NCBI GenBank assembly: GCA_039679545.1
Contig: JBDKUT010000108.1
Coordinates: 1 to 44,385, forward strand
Length of the DNA: 44,385 nucleotides
Reading direction: 5' to 3'
Origin: Thermotogota bacterium
GTDB taxonomy: Bacteria > Bipolaricaulota > Bipolaricaulia > UBA7950 > UBA9294
In this document: positions 9,270-19,049 of the stretch, piece after piece
Layout: each line of letters starts with the position of its first letter
How positions within the stretch are numbered: the first letter of the stretch is position 1
The notes under the pieces: model-generated
Told to the model about the DNA's origin: nothing
Database searches by the model: none
Seen by the model: the letters and a program-made list of their open reading frames with translations, nothing else
Made by a program: the position numbers and the translations under genes

Positions 9270-10574
9270 TTACCAGAGATGGAACAGGGCGATGAGGACG
9301 AGGCCGACGGTTCCAACCGCACAGCTCACCAGAGTAGCGGGAAGCGCGCTTTGGAACCATCGTCGAACTGTGATGGGGGTGCCCCATCGGCGTCCGAGCG
9401 AGAGCATCAGGACGCCGGCCGCGGAGCCGATCGGCGTCAGGTTCCCACCGAAACCCGCGCCGATCGCGAGCGCCCACCACAGAGGACCGATCTCTCCACC
9501 CTGGGCGCCGAACGCCAACAGAACGGGGATCATCACCATCGTGATCGGGATGCTCCCCACGACGCCGGAAAGGATCGCGGTCCCCCAGAGGAGGGCGACT
9601 CCGGCCACGACGGCACCGTGGGTGGTGAGCGCAGCGATGCCGCGCGCCACGAAGTCGAGGACTCCGGAAGCGCTCAGGCCGCCGATCAAAACGAACATCC
9701 CAACAAAGAAGACGAGGACGTCCCATTCGACGCTCTTCACCAGATCCTCGATCGACGGTCGCACCCAGAGAAGGGCAACGGATGCACCGATCAGCGCCAC
9801 AAGGCCCGGCCCAATGCCAAGCTGACTGTGGAAGACGTAGAGGAGAATGGTGCCGAGGAAGACGACGGCCACTTCGACTGCCTGCCGCGGTCGAATGAGG
9901 CTGGCCCTAGCATCCAACGTATCGAGGGCGCCCGGCGTCGCGTCGTCCCGCCGCAGGTCCTTCCGAAAGAAGAAGAGGAGCCCCAGTTGTGTGACGAGGG
10001 CTGCGCAGAAAGCGATCGGAGCGAGGTGAACGAGCACGTCGTTGAACGAGAACTTGGCCGCCGACGCGATGAGGATGTTCGGCGGATCGCCGACGAGGGT
10101 CGCGACTCCGCCGACGTTCGAGAGCAGAACCTCGCTCATGAGAAGTGGAAGTGGGCTCACGCCGACAAGTTCGGCAATGGCGACCGTGACGGGAGCTACA
10201 ACGATGATCGTCGTAACATTGTCGAGCATCGACGAAAGTAGGGCGGTCAGGATCCCGAGCGTGAACGCGAGGAGGATGGGGTTCCCACGCGTCCACCGCG
10301 CCACACCCACGGCGAAGTACGCGAAAAGCCCCGTGGATTGGATGATCCCCACGAGGATCATCATCCCGAACAGGAGCGCGATCGTGTTGTAGTCGACCCA
10401 ACCAAACGCTGCGGCCTCGTCGTAGAAGCCGAGACCTATCCCGGCGGCCAGCATCGCCGCCGCGCCGACGATGCTCGCGATCGAGCGATGGATCTTCTCC
10501 GAGAGGATGGCGATGAACGTGACGAGGAAGATCGCCGAGGCGACGACGACGGGCACGATCCGCACCGATTCCAT
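9270..10574 (-). CDS. ArsB/NhaD/CitMHS-family ion transporter
   Basis: About 11-12 TM helices; SSMLDNVTT, SNVGGVATLVGDPPNI, GGNLTPIGS. Confidence 0.88.
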   Translation of the reverse strand: MESVRIVPVVVASAIFLVTFIAILSEKIHRSIASIVGAAAMLAAGIGLGFYDEAAAFGWVDYNTIALLFGMMILVGIIQSTGLFAYFAVGVARWTRGNPILLAFTLGILTALLSSMLDNVTTIIVVAPVTVAIAELVGVSPLPLLMSEVLLSNVGGVATLVGDPPNILIASAAKFSFNDVLVHLAPIAFCAALVTQLGLLFFFRKDLRRDDATPGALDTLDARASLIRPRQAVEVAVVFLGTILLYVFHSQLGIGPGLVALIGASVALLWVRPSIEDLVKSVEWDVLVFFVGMFVLIGGLSASGVLDFVARGIAALTTHGAVVAGVALLWGTAILSGVVGSIPITMVMIPVLLAFGAQGGEIGPLWWALAIGAGFGGNLTPIGSAAGVLMLSLGRRWGTPITVRRWFQSALPATLVSCAVGTVGLVLIALFHLW

Positions 10575-10626
10575 GGCGCAAGGACACTAGCCGATGACCG
10601 GCCTCCGCGCAATCCTCACGACCCAC

Positions 10627-10902
10627 CTACGCTTTCCAGATCGTCCAGACGCCGACGAGAATGAACAACGCTCCCGCGCCAATGCGGATCCATTTCGTCC
10701 ACACGTCGGGCAGTAGATGATGAACGGCAACGGCAAGGAGCACAGCAAGGACTGTGGATAGAAGCAACGCGACGCCAGCTCCGATCAAGACTCCCCACGG
10801 CGACGTGGTCTCCATCGCAAGACAGAACACCGTGAGTTGCGTCTTGTCGCCGAGTTCGGCAAGGAAGACGCGAGCCAACGTGGAGAGCGCGATCTTCAAC
10901 AT
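10627..10902 (-). CDS. UPF0016/GDT1/TMEM165 family protein, single repeat
   Basis: FLAELGDKTQL motif, 3 TM helices, AAGGAGG SD before ATG 10902. Confidence 0.88.
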   Translation of the reverse strand: MLKIALSTLARVFLAELGDKTQLTVFCLAMETTSPWGVLIGAGVALLLSTVLAVLLAVAVHHLLPDVWTKWIRIGAGALFILVGVWTIWKA

Positions 10903-10982
10903 GCAATCCTCCTTGAGCGCAGAGCGCAACGGCCGGTCCGCCGGCCTCGACCGCCAACGGCGAGAGGATATCGCGCCCCCGA

Positions 10983-11011
10983 TTGCGTTTCGCGGGAGAC
11001 CCCGCTATCAT
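10983..11011 (+). promoter_or_regulatory. Putative promoter of the hydrogenase operon
   Basis: TTGCGT-17 nt-TATCAT, with GCGGG/CCCGC inverted repeat in the spacer. Confidence 0.45.
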
Positions 11012-11082
11012 CCGCCGACGCGCCAAGGGCACTTCCCTCGGGCGCGTTGCCCGGCGGACAGTGGATGGGGTCTGTAGAGAAC

Positions 11083-12516
11083 ATGAGAGAAGGAATCGTG
11101 CTTCTCGTAGCGGTGTTTGCCCCCCTAGCGGGGGCGTTCCTGCTTCCAGTCCTTGGAATTGCGTCGAAGCGACTACGCGATGTGTCCGCCCTGGCGATGG
11201 TGCTCGTGTCGCTCGGCGTGTCGCTCGCCCTCGTACCCGGAGCCCTGCGCGGCGAGATCGTCTCCTTCGGCGTCGCCGGCCCGCTTGGGCTTTCGTTCGC
11301 TCTCACCGCGGACGCGCTCGCCGTCTTCATGGCCGTCGTGTCGTCGCTCGTCGGCGCGATCATCATCCTCTTTTCGTTTGACTACATCAGCCACTACGAG
11401 AACCAGAACGAGTACTACACCATGGCCGTCGTCTTCCTCGGCGCCATGATGGGCCTCGTCTTCTCGACGAACCTCGTGTACCTCTACGTCTTCTGGGAGA
11501 TCACGGGGATCGCGAGCTGGCGGCTGATCGGCTTCTACCGCGGCAAGACCGACGTTCTAAAGGCGGACAAGGCGTTCCTGATGACAGCCCTCGGCGCACT
11601 CGTGATGCTGATCGGCGTCCTCGCCGTCTACGGACTGACTGGAACCTTCGACCTCGGGGCCATGAGAGGAACGGCGCTTCCGCTCGGGATCTCGCTGCTT
11701 CTCCTCGTCGGGCTCCTGTCGAAGTCGGCCACGCTGCCGTTCCAGACGTGGCTCCCTGACGCGGGCGTTGCTCCGTCGCCGGTGACCGCACTCCTGCACG
11801 CCGCCGTCCTCGTCAAGATCGGTGTCTACGTGTTCGCGCGTCTCTTCCTGTCGACCTTCGTCTTTGACGAGGCGCTGCGGACGATCGTCGCGTCGATCGC
11901 CGGGGCGAGTGCGCTCGTCAGTGCGGGAGCCGCGCTCGTCGAGACGGACTTCAAGCGGATCGTGGCGTACTCGACGGTGAGCCAGATCGGCTTCATCTTC
12001 CTCGGACTCGCCATGGGGAACGCGCTCGGCGCGGCCGGCGCGCTCCTCTACATCCTGATGCACGGGCTCGCGAAGGCCGGCCTCTTCCTCTCGGCCGGCA
12101 TCGTCGAGCAGAACGCGGGCACGAAGGACATCACGAAGCTCGGCGGGCTGATCCGTTCCATGCCGTGGACGGCAGTCGCCTTCCTCCTTTGCGCGTTCTC
12201 GGTCATGGGGATCCCGCCGTTCGGCGGCTTCTTCAGCAAATACATGGTGATCTCGGCGGCGGTTAGCGCAGACGAAATCGTCTTCGGCGCCGTGTTCCTT
12301 GCCGGCGCGCTCCTGACGATCCTCTACCTCTTCCGCCTGTTCACCAAGGTCTTCCTGGGCGAGCCGCACGGAGTTCTCGCGCCGGAGACGTCGCGCCTGA
12401 TGGTGGCGTGCGTGGTTCTGCTCGCCGCGCTCTCGCTCGTGGGCGGGCTGGCGGTGGGTTGGCCGTCTGAGCTGGCGCGCGTTGCGATCTCGCAGATGCT
12501 GGGGGTGGCGGGATGA
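11083..12516 (+). CDS. Antiporter-like membrane subunit 1 (NuoL/MrpA-D family) of group 4 hydrogenase
   Basis: YVFWE, KSATLPFQTWLPDAGVAPSPVTALLHAA, KRIVAYSTVSQIG, GIPPFGGFFSK; start may be 11065. Confidence 0.9.
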   Translation: MREGIVLLVAVFAPLAGAFLLPVLGIASKRLRDVSALAMVLVSLGVSLALVPGALRGEIVSFGVAGPLGLSFALTADALAVFMAVVSSLVGAIIILFSFDYISHYENQNEYYTMAVVFLGAMMGLVFSTNLVYLYVFWEITGIASWRLIGFYRGKTDVLKADKAFLMTALGALVMLIGVLAVYGLTGTFDLGAMRGTALPLGISLLLLVGLLSKSATLPFQTWLPDAGVAPSPVTALLHAAVLVKIGVYVFARLFLSTFVFDEALRTIVASIAGASALVSAGAALVETDFKRIVAYSTVSQIGFIFLGLAMGNALGAAGALLYILMHGLAKAGLFLSAGIVEQNAGTKDITKLGGLIRSMPWTAVAFLLCAFSVMGIPPFGGFFSKYMVISAAVSADEIVFGAVFLAGALLTILYLFRLFTKVFLGEPHGVLAPETSRLMVACVVLLAALSLVGGLAVGWPSELARVAISQMLGVAG

Positions 12517-14372
12517 CGCCGCTTCTGCTCATCCTGACGATCGCTGTTCCGGTTGCCGCGGGGCTCCTGGTCCTGCTCTTGCCAAGTCGCCGTGCGCCGT
12601 GGGCGCCTGCCGTCCTCGCCACGCTCGCCTGCACCTTCGAGCTTGCGCTCGCTGTCTACGTATTCCCGCACGACTTCACGTTCGCCTGGCCGTGGATGGG
12701 GTTCGGTGCCGAGTTCGCGCTCAAGCTCTCGCGGTTCAGCGCGTTCATCCTGCTCGGGATCGCGACGTTCTCGTTCCTCGTCACGGCGTACTCCGCCGTC
12801 TCGCTGGCAAAGGCACCGTCGTCACGCCGGTTCCACGCGTGGGTTCTCTTTACGGTGGCGCTTTCGGCCGGCGCCGTCCTCGCCGACAACCTGATCCTCT
12901 TCCTCGTCTTCTGGGAGGGCCTGCTCCTCACGCTCTTCGCAATGATCGCCGCGGGGAAGACGCGGCCGTTCGCGACGGCCGTCAAGGCATTCGTCATCGT
13001 CGGGCTGACCGACCTCGCTCTCATGTTCGGCGTCATGCTGACCGGCCACCTCGCGGGGACGATGTCGATGTCGGCGATCCGTCTTCCGCTCGACGGGCTC
13101 GGCGCGGTCGCCTTCCTCCTGCTCATGATCGGAGCGATGGGGAAGGCGGGGGCGATGCCGTTCCACAGCTGGATCCCCGACGCCGCGATCGACGCGCCGC
13201 TGCCGTTCATGGCGCTCTTGCCCGGAAGCCTGGAAAAGCTGCTTGGGATCTACTTCCTCGCGCGTATCTCTCTCGACCTGTTCGTCCTGACGCCCGAGTC
13301 GTGGGTCTCGCCCGTCCTCATGGGGATCGGCGCCGCGACGATTCTTCTCGCGGTCTTGATGGCCCTCGTGCAAAAGGACTACAAGAAGCTCCTCGCGTAC
13401 CACGCCATCAGCCAGGTGGGGTACATGATCCTTGGGATCGGGACGGCGCTCCCGGTCGGCATCGTCGGCGGTCTGTTCCACATGGTGAACAACGCGATCT
13501 ACAAGTCGTCGTTGTTCCTATCCGCCGGCGCGGTAGAGAAGGAAGCCGGAACGACGGACCTGCGCGAGCTGGGCGGGCTCGGACGAAGCATGCCGATCAC
13601 GACCGTCTGCTTCCTGATTGCCGCGGCCTCGATCTCGGGCGTACCGCCGTTCAACGGGTTCTTCTCGAAGGAGCTGGTCTACGACGGCGCCCTCGAACGA
13701 GGGTGGATCTTCTACGCCATCGCGCTCGCCGGCTCCTTCTTCACAGCGGCGTCGTTCCTGAAGTTGGGCCACGCCGCGTTCTTCGGCAAGCCCACTAACG
13801 CGAAGCGAACCGTGAAGGAAGCGCCGTGGCCGATGCTCTTGCCGATGATCATCCTCGCCGGCTTGTGCGTCGTCTTCGGCGTAGCGAACTCGCTCCCGCT
13901 GGAGCGGCTGATCCAACCTGTCCTCGGGACGTCGATGGAGGGAGCGCACGGCGGGACGTTCGCCGGTTTCCCGACGAACATGATGCTCGTGGGGTTGACC
14001 GCCGGGGTGCTTGCGCTGGCCGTCGCGAACCACGCGTTCGGCGTCCACCGCACCGGCAAAGGAATCGGCGCCGTCGACCACATCCATCACGCGCCCGGAC
14101 TTTCGTCGGTCTACAAGCTGCAGGCGACGGGTGCCCTCGATCCGTACCGGATGCTCGGCGGCGTCGTGGGGGTGGCGTCGAGAGGGCTCTACGCACTCGA
14201 CCGAGCCATTGACTGGGTCTACAGCGGACTCGCCGCGCAGTCGGCGCTCGCCGTGAGCTGGGCCTTGCGCAAGGGCCACAACGGAAACGTCAACCGGTAC
14301 GTCCTCTGGGCGCTCGTCGGCGCGGCCGCCGTGGTCCTCGCCGTGCTCGCTGTCGTGGGAGGCGGACGATGA
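12513..14372 (+). CDS. Antiporter-like membrane subunit 2 (NuoL-like, long C-terminus)
   Basis: LVFWE, KAGAMPFHSWIPDA, KKLLAYHAISQVG, GVPPFNGFFSKE; C-terminal lateral-helix-like region ending HNGNVNRY. Confidence 0.9.
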   Translation: MTPLLLILTIAVPVAAGLLVLLLPSRRAPWAPAVLATLACTFELALAVYVFPHDFTFAWPWMGFGAEFALKLSRFSAFILLGIATFSFLVTAYSAVSLAKAPSSRRFHAWVLFTVALSAGAVLADNLILFLVFWEGLLLTLFAMIAAGKTRPFATAVKAFVIVGLTDLALMFGVMLTGHLAGTMSMSAIRLPLDGLGAVAFLLLMIGAMGKAGAMPFHSWIPDAAIDAPLPFMALLPGSLEKLLGIYFLARISLDLFVLTPESWVSPVLMGIGAATILLAVLMALVQKDYKKLLAYHAISQVGYMILGIGTALPVGIVGGLFHMVNNAIYKSSLFLSAGAVEKEAGTTDLRELGGLGRSMPITTVCFLIAAASISGVPPFNGFFSKELVYDGALERGWIFYAIALAGSFFTAASFLKLGHAAFFGKPTNAKRTVKEAPWPMLLPMIILAGLCVVFGVANSLPLERLIQPVLGTSMEGAHGGTFAGFPTNMMLVGLTAGVLALAVANHAFGVHRTGKGIGAVDHIHHAPGLSSVYKLQATGALDPYRMLGGVVGVASRGLYALDRAIDWVYSGLAAQSALAVSWALRKGHNGNVNRYVLWALVGAAAVVLAVLAVVGGGR

Positions 14373-15781
14373 GCGACCTTCTTCTTCTCGTCCCGTTCGT
14401 CGCCGTCGTGCTCCTCTACCTCCTGCCGAAGCGCGCGCGGGCGGCAGGTCTGTGGATCGCGTTCGGGATCCTCGCCCTCGAAGCCGCGGCCGCGGCCCTC
14501 GATCGGTTCGCCACGATCGACGTCGGCCTCCTTGCGCCGCTCGAGAAGCTTCTCGGCTTTCACCTCGCGACGGACGGGCTCTCCGGGCTTCTGATTCTCT
14601 GTACGGGACTCGTCGGCATGGCGGCGCTCCTCGTCGCGCGTCGCACGCTCGAGAGCGTCAACGAGAGGTTCCTCTTCGCCAACCTTGTCCTCGTCGCCGT
14701 CGTCGGCATCAACGGGATCGCCATGGTGCGCGACCTGTTCTCGCTCTACGTCTTCGTCGAGGTCACGGCGGTCGCCACCTTCATCCTGATCGCGGCGGGA
14801 CGAGGCGACCACGTCTTCGAGGGGGCGTGGAAGTACATCTTCCTGTCGGTCGTGGCGAGCGTGCTCATGCTGACCTCGCTCGGCTTCTTCCTCCTGTCGA
14901 CCGGCGGCATCACGCTCGACGCGGCACGGACGGGGCTCGAGGCGAACGCTCCTCTGGCATGGATCGCGATGGCCCTCTTCCTCTGCGGCCTCTTCGTCAA
15001 GGGAGCCATGGTGCCGTTCCACGGCTGGCTGGCGGACGCGTACACGGCGGCGCCGGCGCCGGTGTCGGTCTTCATGGCGGGGGTCGTCACGAAGGCTTCG
15101 GGAATCTTCGCGCTCCTGCGGATCGCCCAGTCGACGCTCGGCGGCGCGACTCCCGGCCGCGAGATCCTTCTCGTCGTCGGAGCGGTGACGATCGTCGGCG
15201 GCGCCTTCCTGGCCCTGACGCAGACGAACTTCAAGCGCATGCTCGCGTACTCGAGCATCAGCCAGATGGGCTACATCGTGCTCGCCCTCGGCGGCGATCT
15301 CCACCTCGGGATCCTCGCGGCGGGCCTGCACTTCTTCAACCACGCGATTTCGAAGTCCCAGCTGTTCGCGAACGCCGCCGCCATCGAGCAACAGCTCGGC
15401 ACCCTCGACATGGACGAGATGGGCGGGCTCGGCGCCCGCATGCCGGTGACGGCGGGGACGTCGGCCGTAGCTTCGCTCTCGATCGCCGGGCTGCCGCCGC
15501 TCGCCGGCTTCTGGAGCAAGCTCTTGATCGTCCTCGCTCTGTGGAACGCGAAGGAGTACGCGTTCGCCGCCGTGGCGATCCTGGCAAGCCTGGTGACGCT
15601 CGCCTACTTCCTCTCGCTTCAGCGGAAGGTCTTCTTCGGAAAACCGCTTAACAAGTGGTCTGGCGCGCGCGAGGCCTCCGCGGGGCTTCTCGTGCCGGCG
15701 GTGGTGCTCGCCCTGATCACGATCGCCCTTGGGGTCGGATTCCCGTTCGCGCTTCGGATCCTCATGGGAGGTGGAGCATGA
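14369..15781 (+). CDS. Antiporter-like membrane subunit 3 (NuoN/MrpD-like)
   Basis: LYVFVE, EGAWKY, KGAMVPFHGWLADAY, KRMLAYSSISQMG, GLPPLAGFWSK. Confidence 0.9.
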   Translation: MSDLLLLVPFVAVVLLYLLPKRARAAGLWIAFGILALEAAAAALDRFATIDVGLLAPLEKLLGFHLATDGLSGLLILCTGLVGMAALLVARRTLESVNERFLFANLVLVAVVGINGIAMVRDLFSLYVFVEVTAVATFILIAAGRGDHVFEGAWKYIFLSVVASVLMLTSLGFFLLSTGGITLDAARTGLEANAPLAWIAMALFLCGLFVKGAMVPFHGWLADAYTAAPAPVSVFMAGVVTKASGIFALLRIAQSTLGGATPGREILLVVGAVTIVGGAFLALTQTNFKRMLAYSSISQMGYIVLALGGDLHLGILAAGLHFFNHAISKSQLFANAAAIEQQLGTLDMDEMGGLGARMPVTAGTSAVASLSIAGLPPLAGFWSKLLIVLALWNAKEYAFAAVAILASLVTLAYFLSLQRKVFFGKPLNKWSGAREASAGLLVPAVVLALITIALGVGFPFALRILMGGGA

Positions 15782-16272
15782 TTGGATTCACGCTCCTTCT
15801 GGTCGTCCTCGTCCTCGCCGCGCTGTGGGCGTCGATGACGACGACCCTCCTGCGCGCAACTCTAGGGCTCGCGCTCGCCAGCGCGCTCCTCTCCGTCGTG
15901 ATGTTCAGCATGGGGGCGACGCTTGCGGCCGTCATGGAACTGTCGGTGTGCGCCGGCCTGATCTCCGTCGTCCTGGTGAGCGTCGCCAGCCTCACGCGAC
16001 CGCGATCGATTCAGGAAGAGATCGCCAGCCGCCGCAGCCGGCTCCGCCGGATCTGGCCCCTTCCGCTGGTGCTCATCGCCGCCGGCGTCGCCCTGTCGTT
16101 CGTTCACGCGCCGGTCGACATCGTCCTGCGCCTGCCGCAGAGCGACGGCGACGTGCGCACGGTCCTGTGGAGCATGAGGCAACTCGACCTCTTCGGGCAG
16201 ATCCTCATCCTCCTCGCGGGCGCGCTTGGGGTGCTCGTTCTGTTCCGGAAGGAGGCCAAAGATGACGATTGA
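15778..16272 (+). CDS. NuoJ-like membrane subunit
   Basis: About 5 TM helices, ELSVCAGLISV, LWSMRQLDLFGQ; ATGA overlap with the previous gene. Confidence 0.75.
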   Translation: MIGFTLLLVVLVLAALWASMTTTLLRATLGLALASALLSVVMFSMGATLAAVMELSVCAGLISVVLVSVASLTRPRSIQEEIASRRSRLRRIWPLPLVLIAAGVALSFVHAPVDIVLRLPQSDGDVRTVLWSMRQLDLFGQILILLAGALGVLVLFRKEAKDDD

Positions 16273-16582
16273 GATGCCCCAGTCGTTCTGGCTCTACTTC
16301 ACCTTCTTCGTCCTCCTCCTTGTGGACGGGCTGTGGTGCATGCTCGCGACCCGCAACCTCGTGCGAATCCTCATCGGCCTTGAGATCCTCATGAAGTCGG
16401 TGACGTTCTTCCTGATTGCGGCGGGGTACCTGTCGGGGCGCATGGCGCTCGCTCAGGCGTTGGTCATCACGGTGATCGTCATCGAGGTTGTCGTCGTTGT
16501 GGTTGTCGCGGGGATCATCCTTGGGTTCTACCGCAAGCATGATTCTCTCGACGTCGGGAACACGCGGAAGATGAAGGGATAG
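16262..16582 (+). CDS. NuoK/MrpC-like membrane subunit
   Basis: 3 TM helices, RNLVRILIGLEIL, IEVVV, C-terminal SLDV...KG. Confidence 0.82.
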   Translation: MTIEMPQSFWLYFTFFVLLLVDGLWCMLATRNLVRILIGLEILMKSVTFFLIAAGYLSGRMALAQALVITVIVIEVVVVVVVAGIILGFYRKHDSLDVGNTRKMKG

Positions 16583-16585
16583 CCC

Positions 16586-16924
16586 ATGTCGGGATCGATG
16601 CTCCTCCTCGTTCCACCCGTCGTCCTGACCCTCCTCGTTGTCTTCGTCGCGGCGTTCTCGTCCGCCTTGAGCCCGCTCGCAGCCCGCAGGAAGGGCCCGA
16701 AGGGTGCCCTCGACAAACCGTACGCCGGCGGAGAGAACCTCGAGACTCACCGCGTGCAGCCTGACTACAGCGAGTTCTTCCCGTTCGCGTTCTTCTTCAC
16801 GATCCTCCACGTCGTCACGTTGATCGTCGCGACGTCGCCGACCGGGGCCGTCGGTAGCCTTGCCTTCTCGATCGTCTACGTGCTCGGGGCCCTGCTCTGC
16901 CTGTTCATTCTCTTCCGGAGGTAA
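16586..16924 (+). CDS. NuoA-like membrane subunit
   Basis: 3 TM helices, loop KPYAGGE (compare NuoA PYECG), FPFAFFFTILHV. Confidence 0.7.
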   Translation: MSGSMLLLVPPVVLTLLVVFVAAFSSALSPLAARRKGPKGALDKPYAGGENLETHRVQPDYSEFFPFAFFFTILHVVTLIVATSPTGAVGSLAFSIVYVLGALLCLFILFRR

Positions 16925-16931
16925 CGTCGGC

Positions 16932-17369
16932 ATGAACGTCGCTCGCAAGATGGTCCGCTGGGGACAGAGAAAGTCGCCGTGGATCCTGCATTTCAACACC
17001 GGCGCCTGCAACGCCTGCGACATCGAGATCATTGCCGCCCTGACGCCCCGCTTCGACCTCGAACGCTTCGGCGTTCTCCTGAAGGGGACTCCCCGCCATT
17101 GCGACATCATGGCGTGCTCGGGGCCCGTGACGCGGCAGATCGAGTCGCGCCTCGTGCGCATCTACGAGCAGGTCCCGGAGCCGAAGCTCGTGGTCGCCGT
17201 GGGGTCCTGCGCTACGAGCGGTGGAGTCTTCAACGGCCTGTACAATGTGAAGGGCGGGATCGATCAGGTGATCCCCGTCGCGGCGTACATCCCCGGATGC
17301 CCGGCGAGTCCGCAGGCGATCATCGACGGATTCGCGAAGCTTCTAAAGACGCTGGAGGAGGGGAAATGA
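16932..17369 (+). CDS. Group 4 [NiFe]-hydrogenase small subunit (NuoB-like)
   Basis: SPW...GACNACDIE, FDLERFG, TPRHCD, VGSCATSGG, YIPGCP. Confidence 0.93.
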   Translation: MNVARKMVRWGQRKSPWILHFNTGACNACDIEIIAALTPRFDLERFGVLLKGTPRHCDIMACSGPVTRQIESRLVRIYEQVPEPKLVVAVGSCATSGGVFNGLYNVKGGIDQVIPVAAYIPGCPASPQAIIDGFAKLLKTLEEGK

Positions 17370-17830
17370 GCGAAGCCGAGGCCCTGGTTGACCAACTCGT
17401 CGCCGCATTCCCGGCCCTCACTGGGCGTGTGACGGTTCAACGCGCCAAGCGCGTCTGGATCGACGTCGATCGACAGGCCTTTCCCGAGGTGTTCCGTCGC
17501 CTCGCGAAGGACCTCGGATTCGAGGTCTTCTGCATGATCACCGGGCTGGACGAGGGGGCCGACCTCGGGCTCATCTACCACCTCGCCCGCAACGACGGGT
17601 TGATGGCGAACGTGAAGACCCGCTGTCCGAAAGGGGAGTCGATGCAGACGATCACGTCCATCTTCCCCGGCGGCGGCATCTACGAGCGGGAGTTGATCGA
17701 CCTCCTCGGCGCGCACATCGAAGGGCTTCCCGAGGGGGCCCGCTACCCGCTTCCGGACAACTGGCCGAAGGACGAGCACCCACTGCTCAAGGACTGGAAG
17801 CCAAAGGACAAGGGAGCCCAGGATGCCTGA
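17366..17830 (+). CDS. NuoC-like subunit
   Basis: MITGLDEG, YERELIDLLG, PLPDNWP...HPLLKD. Confidence 0.88.
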   Translation: MSEAEALVDQLVAAFPALTGRVTVQRAKRVWIDVDRQAFPEVFRRLAKDLGFEVFCMITGLDEGADLGLIYHLARNDGLMANVKTRCPKGESMQTITSIFPGGGIYERELIDLLGAHIEGLPEGARYPLPDNWPKDEHPLLKDWKPKDKGAQDA

Positions 17831-19049
17831 CAAGAAGAGAACCGTTCGCGTTCCCATCGGCCCCCAGCACCCCGCTCTCAAGGAGCCGGAGAGCTTCATG
17901 GTCGACCTCCAGGGCGAGAAGATCTCCTCCGTCGCCCTGCGGCTCGGCTACAACCACCGCGGCATCGAGAAGGGATGCGAAGAGCGTACCTACATGCAGG
18001 ACCTGTACTTGGTCGAACGCGTCTGTGGCATCTGCTCGCACTCCCACGCGACGGCGTTCATCCAGGCCGTCGAAGAGATCGCAGGGCTCGAGATCCCGCG
18101 GCGCGCGAAGTACATCCGGACACTGATCGCCGAACTCGAGCGCGTCCACAGCCACCTCCTCTGGCTCGGCGTGGCCGGCCACGAGATCGGCTTCGACACG
18201 CTCCTCATGTACTCGTGGCGCGACCGCGAGCTCGTCATGGACCTGTTCGCGGAGCTGACCGGAAACCGCGTCAACTACGCGATGAACACCCTCGGCGGCG
18301 TCCGCCGGGACATCGCCGCCGAGCAGTTCCCGCACATCCAGAAGATCGTCGACACGCTCGAGGAGCGGACGAAGTACTACATCGAGCTTGCGATGACGGA
18401 GGAGACGCTGGCCCAGCGACTGTCGGGCGTCGGGTACCTCTCGAAGGAGGACGCGGTCCGGCTCGGCGCCGTCGGCCCGACGTCGCGCGCCTCGGGAGCG
18501 GACCGCGATACGCGCCGCGACGATCCGTACGCCGCCTACGACGAGCTCGACTTCAAGGTCATCACCGACGACCGCTGCGACGTCTTGGGCCGCGCCGTCG
18601 TCCGCCTGGGCGAGCTGATGCAGAGCTACTCGATGATCCGTCAAATCCTGAAGCAGATGCCCGAGGGCCCCATCACCGTCAAGGCGCCGCTCAAGATCCC
18701 GGCCGGCGAAGCGGTGAGCCGGTACGAGGCGCCGCGCGGCGAGGACGTGCACTACGTCCGCGCCAACGGGACGGACAAGCCCGAACGCGTCAAAGTGCGG
18801 GCTCCGACCCTGGCCAACACGCAGTCGGTCGCCAAGATGCTCGAGGACGGCTACCTCGCGGACCTGCCGATCGTCGTCGCGGCCATTGACCCCTGCTTCT
18901 CGTGCACCGACCGCACGATCGCGGTGCAGGGCAACGGGGACTCGAAGACCATGGGGTGGGAGGAACTCGTCCAGTACGGCGTTCGCTGGTATCGCGATCG
19001 CGGCGTGGATCCGTCGAGAATCAAGGTGCGAGGAGACGAATCGGCATGA
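17823..19049 (+). CDS. Group 4 [NiFe]-hydrogenase large (catalytic) subunit
   Basis: GPQHPALKEP, GYNHRGIEK, L1 ERVCGIC, EAPRGE, L2 DPCFSCTDR followed by an ~40 aa C-terminal extension. Confidence 0.95.
   Translation: MPDKKRTVRVPIGPQHPALKEPESFMVDLQGEKISSVALRLGYNHRGIEKGCEERTYMQDLYLVERVCGICSHSHATAFIQAVEEIAGLEIPRRAKYIRTLIAELERVHSHLLWLGVAGHEIGFDTLLMYSWRDRELVMDLFAELTGNRVNYAMNTLGGVRRDIAAEQFPHIQKIVDTLEERTKYYIELAMTEETLAQRLSGVGYLSKEDAVRLGAVGPTSRASGADRDTRRDDPYAAYDELDFKVITDDRCDVLGRAVVRLGELMQSYSMIRQILKQMPEGPITVKAPLKIPAGEAVSRYEAPRGEDVHYVRANGTDKPERVKVRAPTLANTQSVAKMLEDGYLADLPIVVAAIDPCFSCTDRTIAVQGNGDSKTMGWEELVQYGVRWYRDRGVDPSRIKVRGDESA

Noticed and set aside
17823..19049. Calling the operon NADH dehydrogenase (nuo) or Mbx/Mbs
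   Set aside because: All four Ni-binding cysteines and a maturation protease are present, and there is no NuoEFG
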